Part shown: positions 38,001 to 45,836 of the stretch, one piece after another
Numbering within the stretch: the stretch's first letter is position 1
Layout of the letters: each line of letters starts with the position of its first letter
DNA from: Bauldia sp.
Lineage (GTDB): Bacteria; Pseudomonadota; Alphaproteobacteria; Rhizobiales; Kaistiaceae
Assembly (NCBI GenBank): GCA_020853895.1
Contig: JADYYB010000121.1
Coordinates: forward strand, 470 to 64,469
DNA length: 64,000 nucleotides
Direction: 5' to 3'
Position numbers and translations under genes: made by a program
The notes under the pieces: generated by a model
Seen by the model: the letters and a program-made list of their open reading frames with translations, nothing else
Told to the model about the DNA's origin: nothing
The model's database searches: none

Positions 38001-38798
38001 CTTGAACTCCGACGCGAAGTGCGCATCCGCGGTGCGGGTCATCGGCAGGTTGGAGCCCATCACGATCCAGTAGGCGCTCTGGTACCAGTCGGCCGACTCG
38101 TGAACGTCGGTCTGGTCTCCCCAGATCATCGGCATGATGTGCGGGAGGTCGTGATACCATTCGTAGAAGCTCAGCATCGTCCCGCCGAGCAGGTTGCTGA
38201 GCCGGTGGCCGGACAGGAAGCTCACCATGCTCATCGCCGGGATCGGCGAGAACGAGGCGAGGTGGTCGGGCCCATACTCCTTGATGGTGTGGATCTTGGC
38301 GGCGGCGATGATCTCGGTGACCTCCTCCCAGGTCGACCGGCGCCAGCCTGCCTTGCCGCGCGCGTTCCGGTAGGCCTTCGAGCGCTGAGGATCGTTTACG
38401 ATCGCAGCCCACGCCTCGACCGGTCCCTTCCCCGCCTCGCGCTCCGCCCGGTAGAAGTCGAGAAGGACGCCGCGCACGTAGGGGTATTTCGGGCGGACCG
38501 GGCTGTAGGGATACCAGGACGAAGATATGCCACGCTGGCAGCCGCGCGGTTCGTAGTTCGGGGTGTGGTCGTTGATCTGCGGCCAGTCGGTCTTCTGCAG
38601 CTCCCAGGTGATCATGCCGTCCTTGACGAACACCTCCCAGGAGCACGAGCCCGAGCAGTTGACGCTATGGCTGGTGCGCACCGAGCGGTCGTAGGACCAC
38701 CGGCGCCGGTAGAACTCCTCCCAGCCACGCGGCTCGTCGAGGACCCTGAACCACCGCGAGCCCTTCCCGTTGCTGCCATTCCCGTTGCGGTTGCTCAT
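35028..38798 (-). CDS. narG: respiratory nitrate reductase alpha subunit NarG
   Basis: 1256 aa. The FS0 motif HSVNCSGSCSW is present and NarG-type sequence continues throughout. Confidence 0.97.
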   Translation of the reverse strand: MSNRNGNGSNGKGSRWFRVLDEPRGWEEFYRRRWSYDRSVRTSHSVNCSGSCSWEVFVKDGMITWELQKTDWPQINDHTPNYEPRGCQRGISSSWYPYSPVRPKYPYVRGVLLDFYRAEREAGKGPVEAWAAIVNDPQRSKAYRNARGKAGWRRSTWEEVTEIIAAAKIHTIKEYGPDHLASFSPIPAMSMVSFLSGHRLSNLLGGTMLSFYEWYHDLPHIMPMIWGDQTDVHESADWYQSAYWIVMGSNLPMTRTADAHFASEFKYNGGKLVNLSPDYSDVTKFADLWVPVRPGTDAAFLMACIHVILQEFHINRRAPYFHEYIGKYTNLPFLVMLEQKGDRYLGGRFLRASDLNQYAGEENAEWKMPLFDKSGELRLPGGSLGFRWEKKKTGRWNLKQEDAVSGKPFDPLLTLADGKYEEVQVEFADFTHTFNTELGTTEGKGALARPSLRGVPTRVIETKSGPVHVTTAYDLLLAQFGINRGFSGQYPKNYDDASQPYTPAWQEQETGVDRNMAIRVAREWADTAEKTKGKCLFITGSGILHWYHGGTLTYRAEAVMGILTGCQGVNGGGFAHYVGTEKIRTFAAIGNLGGAADWGNVGRQMNSTSYFYFHTDQWRYDGMPLDPLWAPRAEIFPKKAKHSADMNMLALRNGWLPFFPQFDKKNPINVLKEARAAGCKTDEQVRKWVAGQFKAGKLDFALKDVDAPENHPKVMWIYRGNLIGTSMRGHEYNLKHMLGTHNNVLGEDRAEDLVKEIEWHEQAPLGKLDLIYNLNLRMDSSANYSDIVLPTAHWYEKYDLTCTDLHSFFHPFTPAHDPAWEAKHDWEIFRLIAAKVSELAKYYLPEPIEDLVMTALSTDTPDEMAQPFGELHDWKEEGTDPIPGKTFPNISIVKRDYSKIFDMYSSLGPKIAQPGGYGAKGIRGDISEAYEELKESYLVGEKDGRPAMDDARQVAEIILRISPESDGEISHKLFEGLEKQTGLKLAHLVEPEREVRHHFTDLISQPRRSITSPHWSAIESAGRTYCPWTLNIETLKPWHTLTGRQEIYYDHRMFRELGEDLPTYKPPVDMVKIGDVSSKDLQMKGAKLFRYITPHGKWSIHSMFWDTWQMLNLSRGGQVIWINDDDARQIDVRDNDWVEVFNENGISVVRAVVSNTVPRDMAIFYHSSERHIGVPFSSLARERGMTDLRGGNNNAPTRIMMNPATMVGGYANWTYWLNYQGTSPSERDCAVLIRKKPPERDGRKVIYQERELGIGG

Positions 38799-39691
38799 GA
38801 CGTGCTGTCCTCGCTGAGGGTGGCCGGCGCGCCCTGCTCGAGGAGGGCGCGGCGGAAGGCGTCGACGAATGGCCGGAAGTCGCGGACCGTGCCGTAGATG
38901 GCGACCACCGCGTTGCGGGTGCGGTCGTAGACGAGGTTGACCGCCGCGGTGCGCCCGATCGGGTGCTTGCTGGCGGCGCCGCCATGATCGGCCCAGTCGT
39001 CACGGAGCGCCTGGAGGGAGGCGTAGTAGAGGTCGGTCCTCGGGTGGACCTGCCACCAGATGCGAATCTCCCACTCGGGGATGCGCACGCTCGTCTCAAC
39101 GCTGTCGGCGGCCGAGTCGTGAGGGTCGATATCCCACTGGAACACCGGGAGCTCGCCCTCGTATGAACTGCCCGAGGCCATCGGCCCGTCGAATGGCTGC
39201 GGCGGCTCCATGCCGGGATGGCCCTCCGGCCGGTGACCGGCGTCGGTGACGTCGTTCCGGAGGACGTCCGGCTCGCCGACCATGCCCTCCTCGAGGAGCT
39301 CGGCCTGGAGCGGGTTCATCACCTCCGAGCCGGTCATCGCGCGGTCGATCTCGGCGTCCGAGTCGGCCTCGGCGAGGATCGGGCTCCGCGCCTTCTCCGC
39401 GCCATTATGCGGCGTCTTCCGAAGCACCATCTCCGCCTCCGCGAAGGGGAGCACCGTCACGATCCGGACCGGCCGGATCTCCGCTTCGGTGAGCGCGGCG
39501 CGAATGCCCTGCTCCATCTCCGCCACCTTCTTGTTGTTGGTGGAGTTGGGAGCGAAGCGGACCAGCACGCCCGACTCGTCGGTGACGATTTCCTTCACGA
39601 AACCCGCGGTCACGATGTCGCGGGAAAAGCCCGGATAGGGAACAGTCCGCAGCAACTCCCGAATTCGGTCCATAGAAACCACGCCTGTCAC
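38795..39691 (-). CDS. hypothetical protein: DUF59/MIP18-like N-terminal domain plus unknown C-terminal domain, translationally coupled to narG
   Basis: 298 aa. Its stop overlaps the narG ATG (ATGA). The N-terminus MDRIRELLRTVPYPGFSRDIVTAGFVKEIV...VLVRF resembles the Mrp/ApbC N-terminal (DUF59) domain. I do not recognise the acidic linker or the C-terminal 120 aa. The start is GTG 39691 or ATG 39673. Confidence 0.7.
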   Translation of the reverse strand: MTGVVSMDRIRELLRTVPYPGFSRDIVTAGFVKEIVTDESGVLVRFAPNSTNNKKVAEMEQGIRAALTEAEIRPVRIVTVLPFAEAEMVLRKTPHNGAEKARSPILAEADSDAEIDRAMTGSEVMNPLQAELLEEGMVGEPDVLRNDVTDAGHRPEGHPGMEPPQPFDGPMASGSSYEGELPVFQWDIDPHDSAADSVETSVRIPEWEIRIWWQVHPRTDLYYASLQALRDDWADHGGAASKHPIGRTAAVNLVYDRTRNAVVAIYGTVRDFRPFVDAFRRALLEQGAPATLSEDSTS

Positions 39692-39713
39692 GAGACCCTC
39701 TTCCAGTGTGCGT

Positions 39714-39920
39714 TCATTTCCTTGCCGCTATTACCGGAACCCCGCTTACTTCCTGCAGGAAGCTCGTGAGTTCCTCGAAATCGACGAAGTAAGCCTGCCG
39801 ATCGCCCTGCACATGTTTCACTTTCCCCCGCCATAGAAGCGTGCCTTGTGACCCCTTCTCCAGCCAGATATGCGCGACGAAAGTCGGACGTTCCGCTTCC
39901 TTTTCTTGAGGTCGATTCAT
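39714..39920 (-). CDS. small hypothetical protein, 68 aa
   Basis: ATG 39920 is preceded by GAGGTGG. The sequence is MNRPQEKEAERPTFVAHIWLEKGSQGTLLWRGKVKHVQGDRQAYFVDFEELTSFLQEVSG. It is the first ORF downstream of the FNR box at 40044. Confidence 0.5.
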   Translation of the reverse strand: MNRPQEKEAERPTFVAHIWLEKGSQGTLLWRGKVKHVQGDRQAYFVDFEELTSFLQEVSGVPVIAARK

Positions 39921-40043
39921 CGGCCAGACCACCTCTTGCCCCGTAGACTAGGAGGCCCGGTAACAGTCCGGTAACAGCCGGGTCGGTTAAGACGCCCACT
40001 GCCGCGATGGCGGGTCGACAGGCCGGTCCCCGGCACCCGGTCT

Positions 40044-40057
40044 TTGACGTGGATCAA
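40044..40057. promoter_or_regulatory. FNR/FixK-type box TTGACGTGGATCAA in the nar / nnrS-hemN divergent region
   Basis: Perfect TTGA-N6-TCAA. It lies about 124 bp from ATG 39920 (minus strand) and about 135 bp from GTG 40185 (plus strand). Confidence 0.7.
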
Positions 40058-40184
40058 GCCCGCCGGCCTGCAGAGTCCCTAAGAAGAGATTTCTGCATCG
40101 CGACCTGGCGGCGAGCTGGGCTACGAACCTGAGGTTCACGCCCGGCCGACTGCGTGCTGGTAGGTGCCACTGGAGAAGGAGCGC

Positions 40185-41381
40185 GTGCCGGCCCGTTCAA
40201 TCCCGATGCCGCGTGATCGGCAAAGCCTCGCCCACGTTCCGATCCTGACCTACGGCTTTCGCCCTTTCTTCCTCGGCGGCGCCGTTTGGGTCGTGCTCGC
40301 GATGGTGCTGTGGATCGGAGCGCTTGCCGGCGCATGGACCATCGCTCCCGGCTACGGCCTGATAGCGTGGCACGCGCACGAATTCCTGTTCGGCTATGTC
40401 GGCGCGATCGCGACCGGGTTCCTCCTTACGGCCATCCCCAACTGGACCGGGCGCTTGCCGGTCCGCGGCGGCCCCTTGCTGGCGCTCTTCGTGCTGTGGG
40501 CGATCGGGCGCGTGGCGCTCCTGGCCAGTCCGCTGATCGGCGTGCTGCCGGCGGTCGGCGTCGAGAGCCTCTTCCTGCCGGTCTTCGCGTTGGTCGTGAC
40601 GCGGGAGGTCGTCGCCGGCCGGAACTGGCGCAACCTCAAGACGGCGCTGCTGGTGGCGCTTCTGGCCCTCGGCAATATCGCCTTTCACGCCGAGGTCGTT
40701 CTGCGTGGCGAGGCGAGCTACTCGCTTCGGGCGGGCGCCACGGTGATCCTGATGCTGATCATGCTCGTCGGCGGCCGCATCGTGCCGAGCTTCACGCGCA
40801 ACTGGCTCGCACGGAGAGGTGCAACGACGCTGCCAGCCCCCTTCGGCCCGTTCGACATCTTCTCTATGGTCGCTGCCGCCCTCGCGCTCGTCCTCTGGAC
40901 TGCAATTCCGGATCGCTGGCCAACGGCCGTCGGTCTATTCGTGGCCGGCCTCGCGCAGCTGCGTCGATGGTCGAGATGGACCGGTCCTCCGACCTGGCCG
41001 GAGCCCCTCGTATTCGTCCTGCACGTGGCCTACCTGTTCGTGCCCCTCGGCTTCTTTGCCGTTGCGGCGTCGATCCTCTGGCCGTCCGCACTGCCCTTCT
41101 CCGCCGCCTTCCACGTCTGGACCGTCGGCGCGATGACGCTGATGACCCTCGCGGTCATGACCCGTGCCTCGCGCGGACACACCGGGCGGGCCTTGACGGC
41201 CGGGCCGGCCACACAAGCCATCTACCTCGCCGTGATCCTGGCCGTCGCGACCCGCCTGGCCGTCGCTCTCGCGCCCCAGCTGACCGGCAGTCTGCTGACC
41301 ATCTCCGGGTCCCTCTGGATCCTCGCCTTCGCGGGCTTCGTGGTCTTCTACGGACCGATGTTGTCGAGGCATGCGAGGTGA
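40185..41381 (+). CDS. nnrS: NnrS family haem/copper membrane protein
   Basis: Track ORF 40164..41381. GTG 40185 follows AAGGAG; ATG 40206 is also possible. The sequence reads GFRPFFLGGAVWVVLAMVLW...AWHAHEFLFGYVGAIATGFLLTAIPNWTG. Confidence 0.9.
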   Translation: MPARSIPMPRDRQSLAHVPILTYGFRPFFLGGAVWVVLAMVLWIGALAGAWTIAPGYGLIAWHAHEFLFGYVGAIATGFLLTAIPNWTGRLPVRGGPLLALFVLWAIGRVALLASPLIGVLPAVGVESLFLPVFALVVTREVVAGRNWRNLKTALLVALLALGNIAFHAEVVLRGEASYSLRAGATVILMLIMLVGGRIVPSFTRNWLARRGATTLPAPFGPFDIFSMVAAALALVLWTAIPDRWPTAVGLFVAGLAQLRRWSRWTGPPTWPEPLVFVLHVAYLFVPLGFFAVAASILWPSALPFSAAFHVWTVGAMTLMTLAVMTRASRGHTGRALTAGPATQAIYLAVILAVATRLAVALAPQLTGSLLTISGSLWILAFAGFVVFYGPMLSRHAR

Positions 41382-42766
41382 ACGCGCCGGCCGCCAAGAC
41401 TCCGGTCCGCGATGCCGATCTGACGGCTTTGGTGCTTCGCCACGATCGGCGCCTGCCGCGGTACACGAGCTACCCGACCGCCCCGCAATTCACTGCCGAT
41501 ATCGGTCGTCAGCATTACCGGTCCTGGCTCCGGTCCCTTCCTCGCGGCGCCGCGCTCTCCCTCTACATCCATATCCCTTTCTGCCACGAGCTCTGCCTCT
41601 ACTGCGGCTGCCACACCACCGCCGTGCGCCGGTACTCGCCGGTCGCAGCCTATGTCGAAACGCTCAAGAAGGAGATCGAGATCGTCGCGAGGCTCCTGGG
41701 GGAAGGAAGGCCCGTCTCGCATATCCACTGGGGCGGCGGCACGCCGACCATTCTCGCCCCGCTGCATCTCCGGGACATATCCCGCACGATCGCGCGCTAC
41801 TTCCACATCAAGACGGACGCCGAGATCGCGATCGAGATCGATCCGCGCTCGCTGACTCCGGCGCATGTCGAGGCCCTTGCAGCGATCGGCGTGAATCGCG
41901 CCAGCCTCGGCGTTCAGGATCTCGATCAGAAGGTCCAGCAGGCGATCGGGCGCATCCAGACATTCGAGCAGACGGCGGAAGCCGCCGACCGCCTCCGCCG
42001 GGCGGGAATAGGCGGCATGAACATAGATCTCATGTACGGCCTCCCTTACCAGACCGTCGACTCGGTCGCTCGCTCGACGGCGACCGCTTTGGACCTGGGA
42101 CCCGATCGGATCGCGGTTTTCGGTTATGCTCATGTTCCGTGGATGAAGCGGCATCAGGCGCTGCTCCCTGAAGCCTCCCTCCCCGGCACGGTGGAGCGGT
42201 TCCATCAGATGCAGGCCGCGAGCGAGACGATCAAGGCGGCCGGCTACGACGCGATCGGCCTCGACCATTTCGCGAAGCCGACCGATCCCCTTGCCCTGGC
42301 GCTGGCGGAGCGTCGGCTGCACCGGAACTTCCAAGGCTACACGACGGACGAGGCGCCGGCGATCGTTGCGTTCGGTGCCTCGTCCATCGGCCGTCTGCCG
42401 CAAGGCTACATCCAGAACGCCTCCCGCACGGTCGACTACAACGCCGCGATTTCGGCCGGGAAGCCGGCCATCGTGCGGGGGGTCGCGCTCTCGCCAGACG
42501 ACCGCTTCCGCGCGTCGGTGATCGAGCAACTGATGTGCTTCCTCACCGTCGACCTCCAGAGCGTTGCGCCGGAGCACGGCGCCGACGTGGATGAACTGCA
42601 GGCCGAACTGGCGGCCATCGACTGCCTAGCCGATGAGGGAATCGTGACGCGGCGCGGCAGCCAGATCACCGTTCCCGAACACGCCCGGCCCTTTCTCCGC
42701 AGCGTGTGCGCCGTCTTCGACCGATATCTGTCGCGAGAGGGAGCACGCTACAGTCGCGCGGTCTAA
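41378..42766 (+). CDS. hemN: oxygen-independent coproporphyrinogen III oxidase HemN (radical SAM)
   Basis: GTG 41378 overlaps the nnrS TGA (GTGA), in frame with track ORF 40286..42766. The sequence reads PRYTSYPTAPQF...LYIHIPFCHELCLYCGCH...HWGGGTPT. Confidence 0.95.
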   Translation: MNAPAAKTPVRDADLTALVLRHDRRLPRYTSYPTAPQFTADIGRQHYRSWLRSLPRGAALSLYIHIPFCHELCLYCGCHTTAVRRYSPVAAYVETLKKEIEIVARLLGEGRPVSHIHWGGGTPTILAPLHLRDISRTIARYFHIKTDAEIAIEIDPRSLTPAHVEALAAIGVNRASLGVQDLDQKVQQAIGRIQTFEQTAEAADRLRRAGIGGMNIDLMYGLPYQTVDSVARSTATALDLGPDRIAVFGYAHVPWMKRHQALLPEASLPGTVERFHQMQAASETIKAAGYDAIGLDHFAKPTDPLALALAERRLHRNFQGYTTDEAPAIVAFGASSIGRLPQGYIQNASRTVDYNAAISAGKPAIVRGVALSPDDRFRASVIEQLMCFLTVDLQSVAPEHGADVDELQAELAAIDCLADEGIVTRRGSQITVPEHARPFLRSVCAVFDRYLSREGARYSRAV

Positions 42767-42837
42767 TGCCCGTCTGCGCTGGATGATCGGCAGTGTCCCG
42801 ATGCGGTCATGCGCCAAGCGCCGCGCCCCGTGCTTAT

Positions 42838-43053
42838 CTAGCGTCGGCCGAGCAGGCGCCGGAACAGCATTTCGAGGCCGAGAAATACGGGGACAAAGGC
42901 AAATCCGGCAGGAACAAGAAGGAGCATCCCGACATCGGAGGTCCAGTCGACCAGTGGCCCTACGCTGCGCGCGGTGACGGCAAAGATGCAGAAGGTCGCA
43001 ATGGCAGCGTAGTTGCTGGATCGACGGGCACGTTTGTCATCCGTGGGTCCCAT
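42838..43053 (-). CDS. possible small two-TM membrane protein
   Basis: 71 aa with an ATG start and a weak RBS. Two hydrophobic stretches. It lies downstream of hemerythrin on the same strand. Confidence 0.3.
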   Translation of the reverse strand: MGPTDDKRARRSSNYAAIATFCIFAVTARSVGPLVDWTSDVGMLLLVPAGFAFVPVFLGLEMLFRRLLGRR

Positions 43054-43255
43054 TGCGTTCTCGGGATTCTCAGCCCTGGTCGCTCCGTGAGGCCGCTTCC
43101 GCGTGCGTGAAGCTCATCCTCCTCACCGCCACTGAACGGACGCCCGGCGAAAGACGCCCGAAGCTGCCAATCGAGCCGGTCACTTGGGTTCGTCGACGGC
43201 TGGCTCGATCTCGGTTTCACGAATCACGAAGGGGCGCACAGCCGTCACACGGGCT

Positions 43256-43663
43256 TCAATGGTGTGGGTGTGCTCCGAGCCTCCCATGGAGACGCGCATC
43301 GTGGGTCTTCGAGTGCTCCGTGAACCAATGGTCAAGTTCACGTGCCAGTCGCCCCGAACTGCCGGCCGGGTCGGCCTCATAGCCGTCCATGATGTCGCGG
43401 ATCTCGTCCAGCAGCCGCTCGTGATCGTGCTTGTGCTCGGCGTACTCATCATAGTCGTGTTCGCGCATGAACCGCTCCTCCAGGGCGAAGTGGGAGGAGA
43501 TTGCCCGAAAGATATCGCCGAGAATCGCTTCGATCGGTCGCGCGCCCCCGCCCAGCTTCAGTTCGTCGTCAAGCCGGTTGATGAGGTCCATCATCTCCCG
43601 GTGCTCATGATCGACGGCATCGTTGCCGATCCGATAGTGCTCTTTCCATTCCATGAGAGCCAT
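43256..43663 (-). CDS. bacteriohemerythrin (hemerythrin-like metal-binding protein)
   Basis: 135 aa: MEWKEHYRIGNDAVDHEHREMMDLIN...HFALEERFM...EHKHDHERLL...HWFTEHSKTHD, carrying the H/HxxxE/HxxxH/HxxxxD ligand pattern. AGGAG lies 8 nt upstream. Confidence 0.9.
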   Translation of the reverse strand: MALMEWKEHYRIGNDAVDHEHREMMDLINRLDDELKLGGGARPIEAILGDIFRAISSHFALEERFMREHDYDEYAEHKHDHERLLDEIRDIMDGYEADPAGSSGRLARELDHWFTEHSKTHDARLHGRLGAHPHH

Positions 43664-43674
43664 CTTCTCTGCTC

Positions 43675-44217
43675 CTAGTTCGCCTGGATCGCCCCCACCC
43701 CCTCGTCGCCGTCGGAGGAGAAAACGAAGCCCCCCGCGCCTGTCTTGAAATCGATGACCGCATGTTGTGCCGGCGCCAGCACGACGTGCCGGCTCGCCGT
43801 GTAGTCGAAGCCTTCGGTGGCCGGGTTGTCTCGCATCCGCACTGCGATGTCATGTTCGCCCGCCATCAGCCGGAACTGCTCGTGGATGCGCGACGGGCCG
43901 TCACCGGCAACGCCTGAAGGCGGCAGCTCGCCTTCGAAGAGCCGAGCGCCGTCCACGCTGAGCTCGACGAATACAGGTGGACGCCTCCGCGGGCAGATCT
44001 CGGTGCGGCGCATGTTGGGCGGGAGGTCCGCGATCTCCTCCTCCGTGAGGGGACGGCAAGCCGCCCGTCTGTCGGCACCATGGCTGAACGACATCGTCAA
44101 GACCGCGGTATCGGCAGGGAGTGCCCGGAAGATCGGCTGGTTCGAGATCAGACTCGCGACGCTGATGACGAAAAAGAGAATGCCAAACTGGGCAAGGAGC
44201 CGGGCGCCGAGGATCAT
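43675..44217 (-). CDS. N-terminally membrane-anchored hypothetical protein, 180 aa
   Basis: Its ATG overlaps the upstream TAA (TAATG). It has a single TM (LLAQFGILFFVISVASLI) followed by a soluble domain of unknown family. Confidence 0.65.
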   Translation of the reverse strand: MILGARLLAQFGILFFVISVASLISNQPIFRALPADTAVLTMSFSHGADRRAACRPLTEEEIADLPPNMRRTEICPRRRPPVFVELSVDGARLFEGELPPSGVAGDGPSRIHEQFRLMAGEHDIAVRMRDNPATEGFDYTASRHVVLAPAQHAVIDFKTGAGGFVFSSDGDEGVGAIQAN

Positions 44218-45788
44218 TATCCTGCAACCCCCGTCTCAACCACGTCCGCCAGCTCCTTGGAGCGCAGTGACTGCCGTTCTGCGGAGGGTAGTCGCGAGAC
44301 GATCTCGGCAAACCGGGCAAGCTCTGTCTCTGCGCGGACAACCTCGAGCGGAGAGGCCCATATCTCTGTCAGCCTGTCCCGCGGCACGCGAGCCCTGAGA
44401 TAGGGGTCGCGCTCGCCGGCGAAACGCTCCTTGGTCCAACGAATCCCGAGCCGGTTGTAGCAGGCGTTCTCGGCACATCCCATCACGGCGACGCCATCCG
44501 CCAGGTCCTTGCTGAGGATGTAGTCGATCAGGGAAGGCGGAGACATAGCCACGCACGGCATCACGACCGCGTCCCGCTTCCGGTGCGCGGCCGCGCCATG
44601 GTCGCAGGCCAGGATCAATACGCGCGACTTGCCGGTGAGGTTTGCAGCGACCTTAAGCGTCTGCTCCCGCAATGCGCGGAGAGGAAGATCGGGCAGGTCG
44701 ATGCCGGTCCGCAGTTCCTCGGTGCGCCTGAAGGGGGTCGAGGATGGACAGGCGCCCATGCATACCCCGCACGAAACGCAAAGGTCCGGATTGACCGCCG
44801 CCTGGTGAGGAAAAGGCAGCGCGTCGGTCCGCGGAACGAGTTGGATTGCCTCGTAGGGGCAGTCCTCCACGCACCGGTTGCAGCCATTGCAGTGGGCCAG
44901 ATCGACCTCCGCCGCTTTCGGCCGGCGGAAGGGCGGCAACCACGGCAGGGCCGCCACCATGACGAAGACGGCCGCGAGAGTGGCCAGGATCGCCAGGCCC
45001 GGGACGGAATCGGGAAGCCCGTACAGCGGCAGAAACCACCAGTCCAGGCCTACCTCGGTCGGTATCGTCGCCAGATTTGCCGGACCCTGGCTGAGCGCAG
45101 GCCTTATTATCGCGACCGCTAGGATGGCAGCCAGGATAAGCCCGGCGAGCAGGCGCGGCGGGTTCACCCTGGGCCGCGAGACGCGCCTGATGTGAATCCA
45201 CATCGCCGCAAGCAGCATCAGCGGCACCGCGATATGCAGGAAAACGAGAAGCGTGAAGAAGCGGCTGCTCAGGCTTTGCGGCGTCAGGAAGTTCCGCTCG
45301 ATCGGCTCCCCGAAGATCGGCAGGACATCGAGCAGGCGCGCCGACACGACCGCCACATGCTGGGCCAGCTGGTCCCACACCAGCCAGTACCCGGTGATGC
45401 CGGCCACGTAGATGAACGCGACCAGAGGAACCCCGCTCATCCACGAGAACCATCGCGTCCCGCGGTAGCGATCGAGCGAGAATTCCCGAAGCACGTGGAG
45501 ACCGACCACCAACAGCATCACCTCGGACGCGTAGCGGTGGAAGCTCCGCGTGACCCCGGCGTGGAACCATGCGTTGCGTGTGATCCACTCGACCGATTGA
45601 TACGCCGCCTCGATGCCGGTGTCGAAGAACGCGAACAGGTAGACCCCGCTCACCGTCACGATCCAGAAGAAGAAGAACCCGAGCGCGCCAAGCTGTGAGA
45701 ACGGGTTGAGTGCAGGCGAGAAAAGCCGATCACAGCCCCGCTCGAGGTACATAAAGCCCTGGCGAAGAACGCGCTTGATCCGACTCAA
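44217..45788 (-). CDS. tri-domain redox fusion: dihaem cytochrome b (bc1/b6 N-terminal type) + 2x[4Fe-4S] ferredoxin + MvhD/FlpD-like domain
   Basis: 523 aa. There are two His pairs, each 14 residues apart (HRYASEVMLLVVGLH; LHIAVPLMLLAAMWIH), in cytochrome-b-like helices. CNGCNRCVEDCP and CVSCGVCMGACP follow. The C-terminal segment CVAMSPPSLIDYILSKDLADGVAVMGCAENACYNRLG is typical of the MvhD domain. The start is TTG 45788 or ATG 45752. Confidence 0.85.
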   Translation of the reverse strand: MSRIKRVLRQGFMYLERGCDRLFSPALNPFSQLGALGFFFFWIVTVSGVYLFAFFDTGIEAAYQSVEWITRNAWFHAGVTRSFHRYASEVMLLVVGLHVLREFSLDRYRGTRWFSWMSGVPLVAFIYVAGITGYWLVWDQLAQHVAVVSARLLDVLPIFGEPIERNFLTPQSLSSRFFTLLVFLHIAVPLMLLAAMWIHIRRVSRPRVNPPRLLAGLILAAILAVAIIRPALSQGPANLATIPTEVGLDWWFLPLYGLPDSVPGLAILATLAAVFVMVAALPWLPPFRRPKAAEVDLAHCNGCNRCVEDCPYEAIQLVPRTDALPFPHQAAVNPDLCVSCGVCMGACPSSTPFRRTEELRTGIDLPDLPLRALREQTLKVAANLTGKSRVLILACDHGAAAHRKRDAVVMPCVAMSPPSLIDYILSKDLADGVAVMGCAENACYNRLGIRWTKERFAGERDPYLRARVPRDRLTEIWASPLEVVRAETELARFAEIVSRLPSAERQSLRSKELADVVETGVAG

Positions 45789-45836
45789 CTGCGTGCCACG
45801 TCGCGCTGGCGAGCTGAGATCGACGGACGGCGCATT

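Noticed and set aside
40286-41377. The N-terminal 364 codons of the 826-aa track ORF 40286..42766. Also the similar N-terminal extensions of 27744..29084, 14566..15999, 15318..16223 and 17312..18163.
   Set aside because: These extensions overlap real genes in another frame (nnrS, narK, ubiX, ubiD). The recognisable protein begins at an internal start that overlaps or abuts the upstream stop codon.
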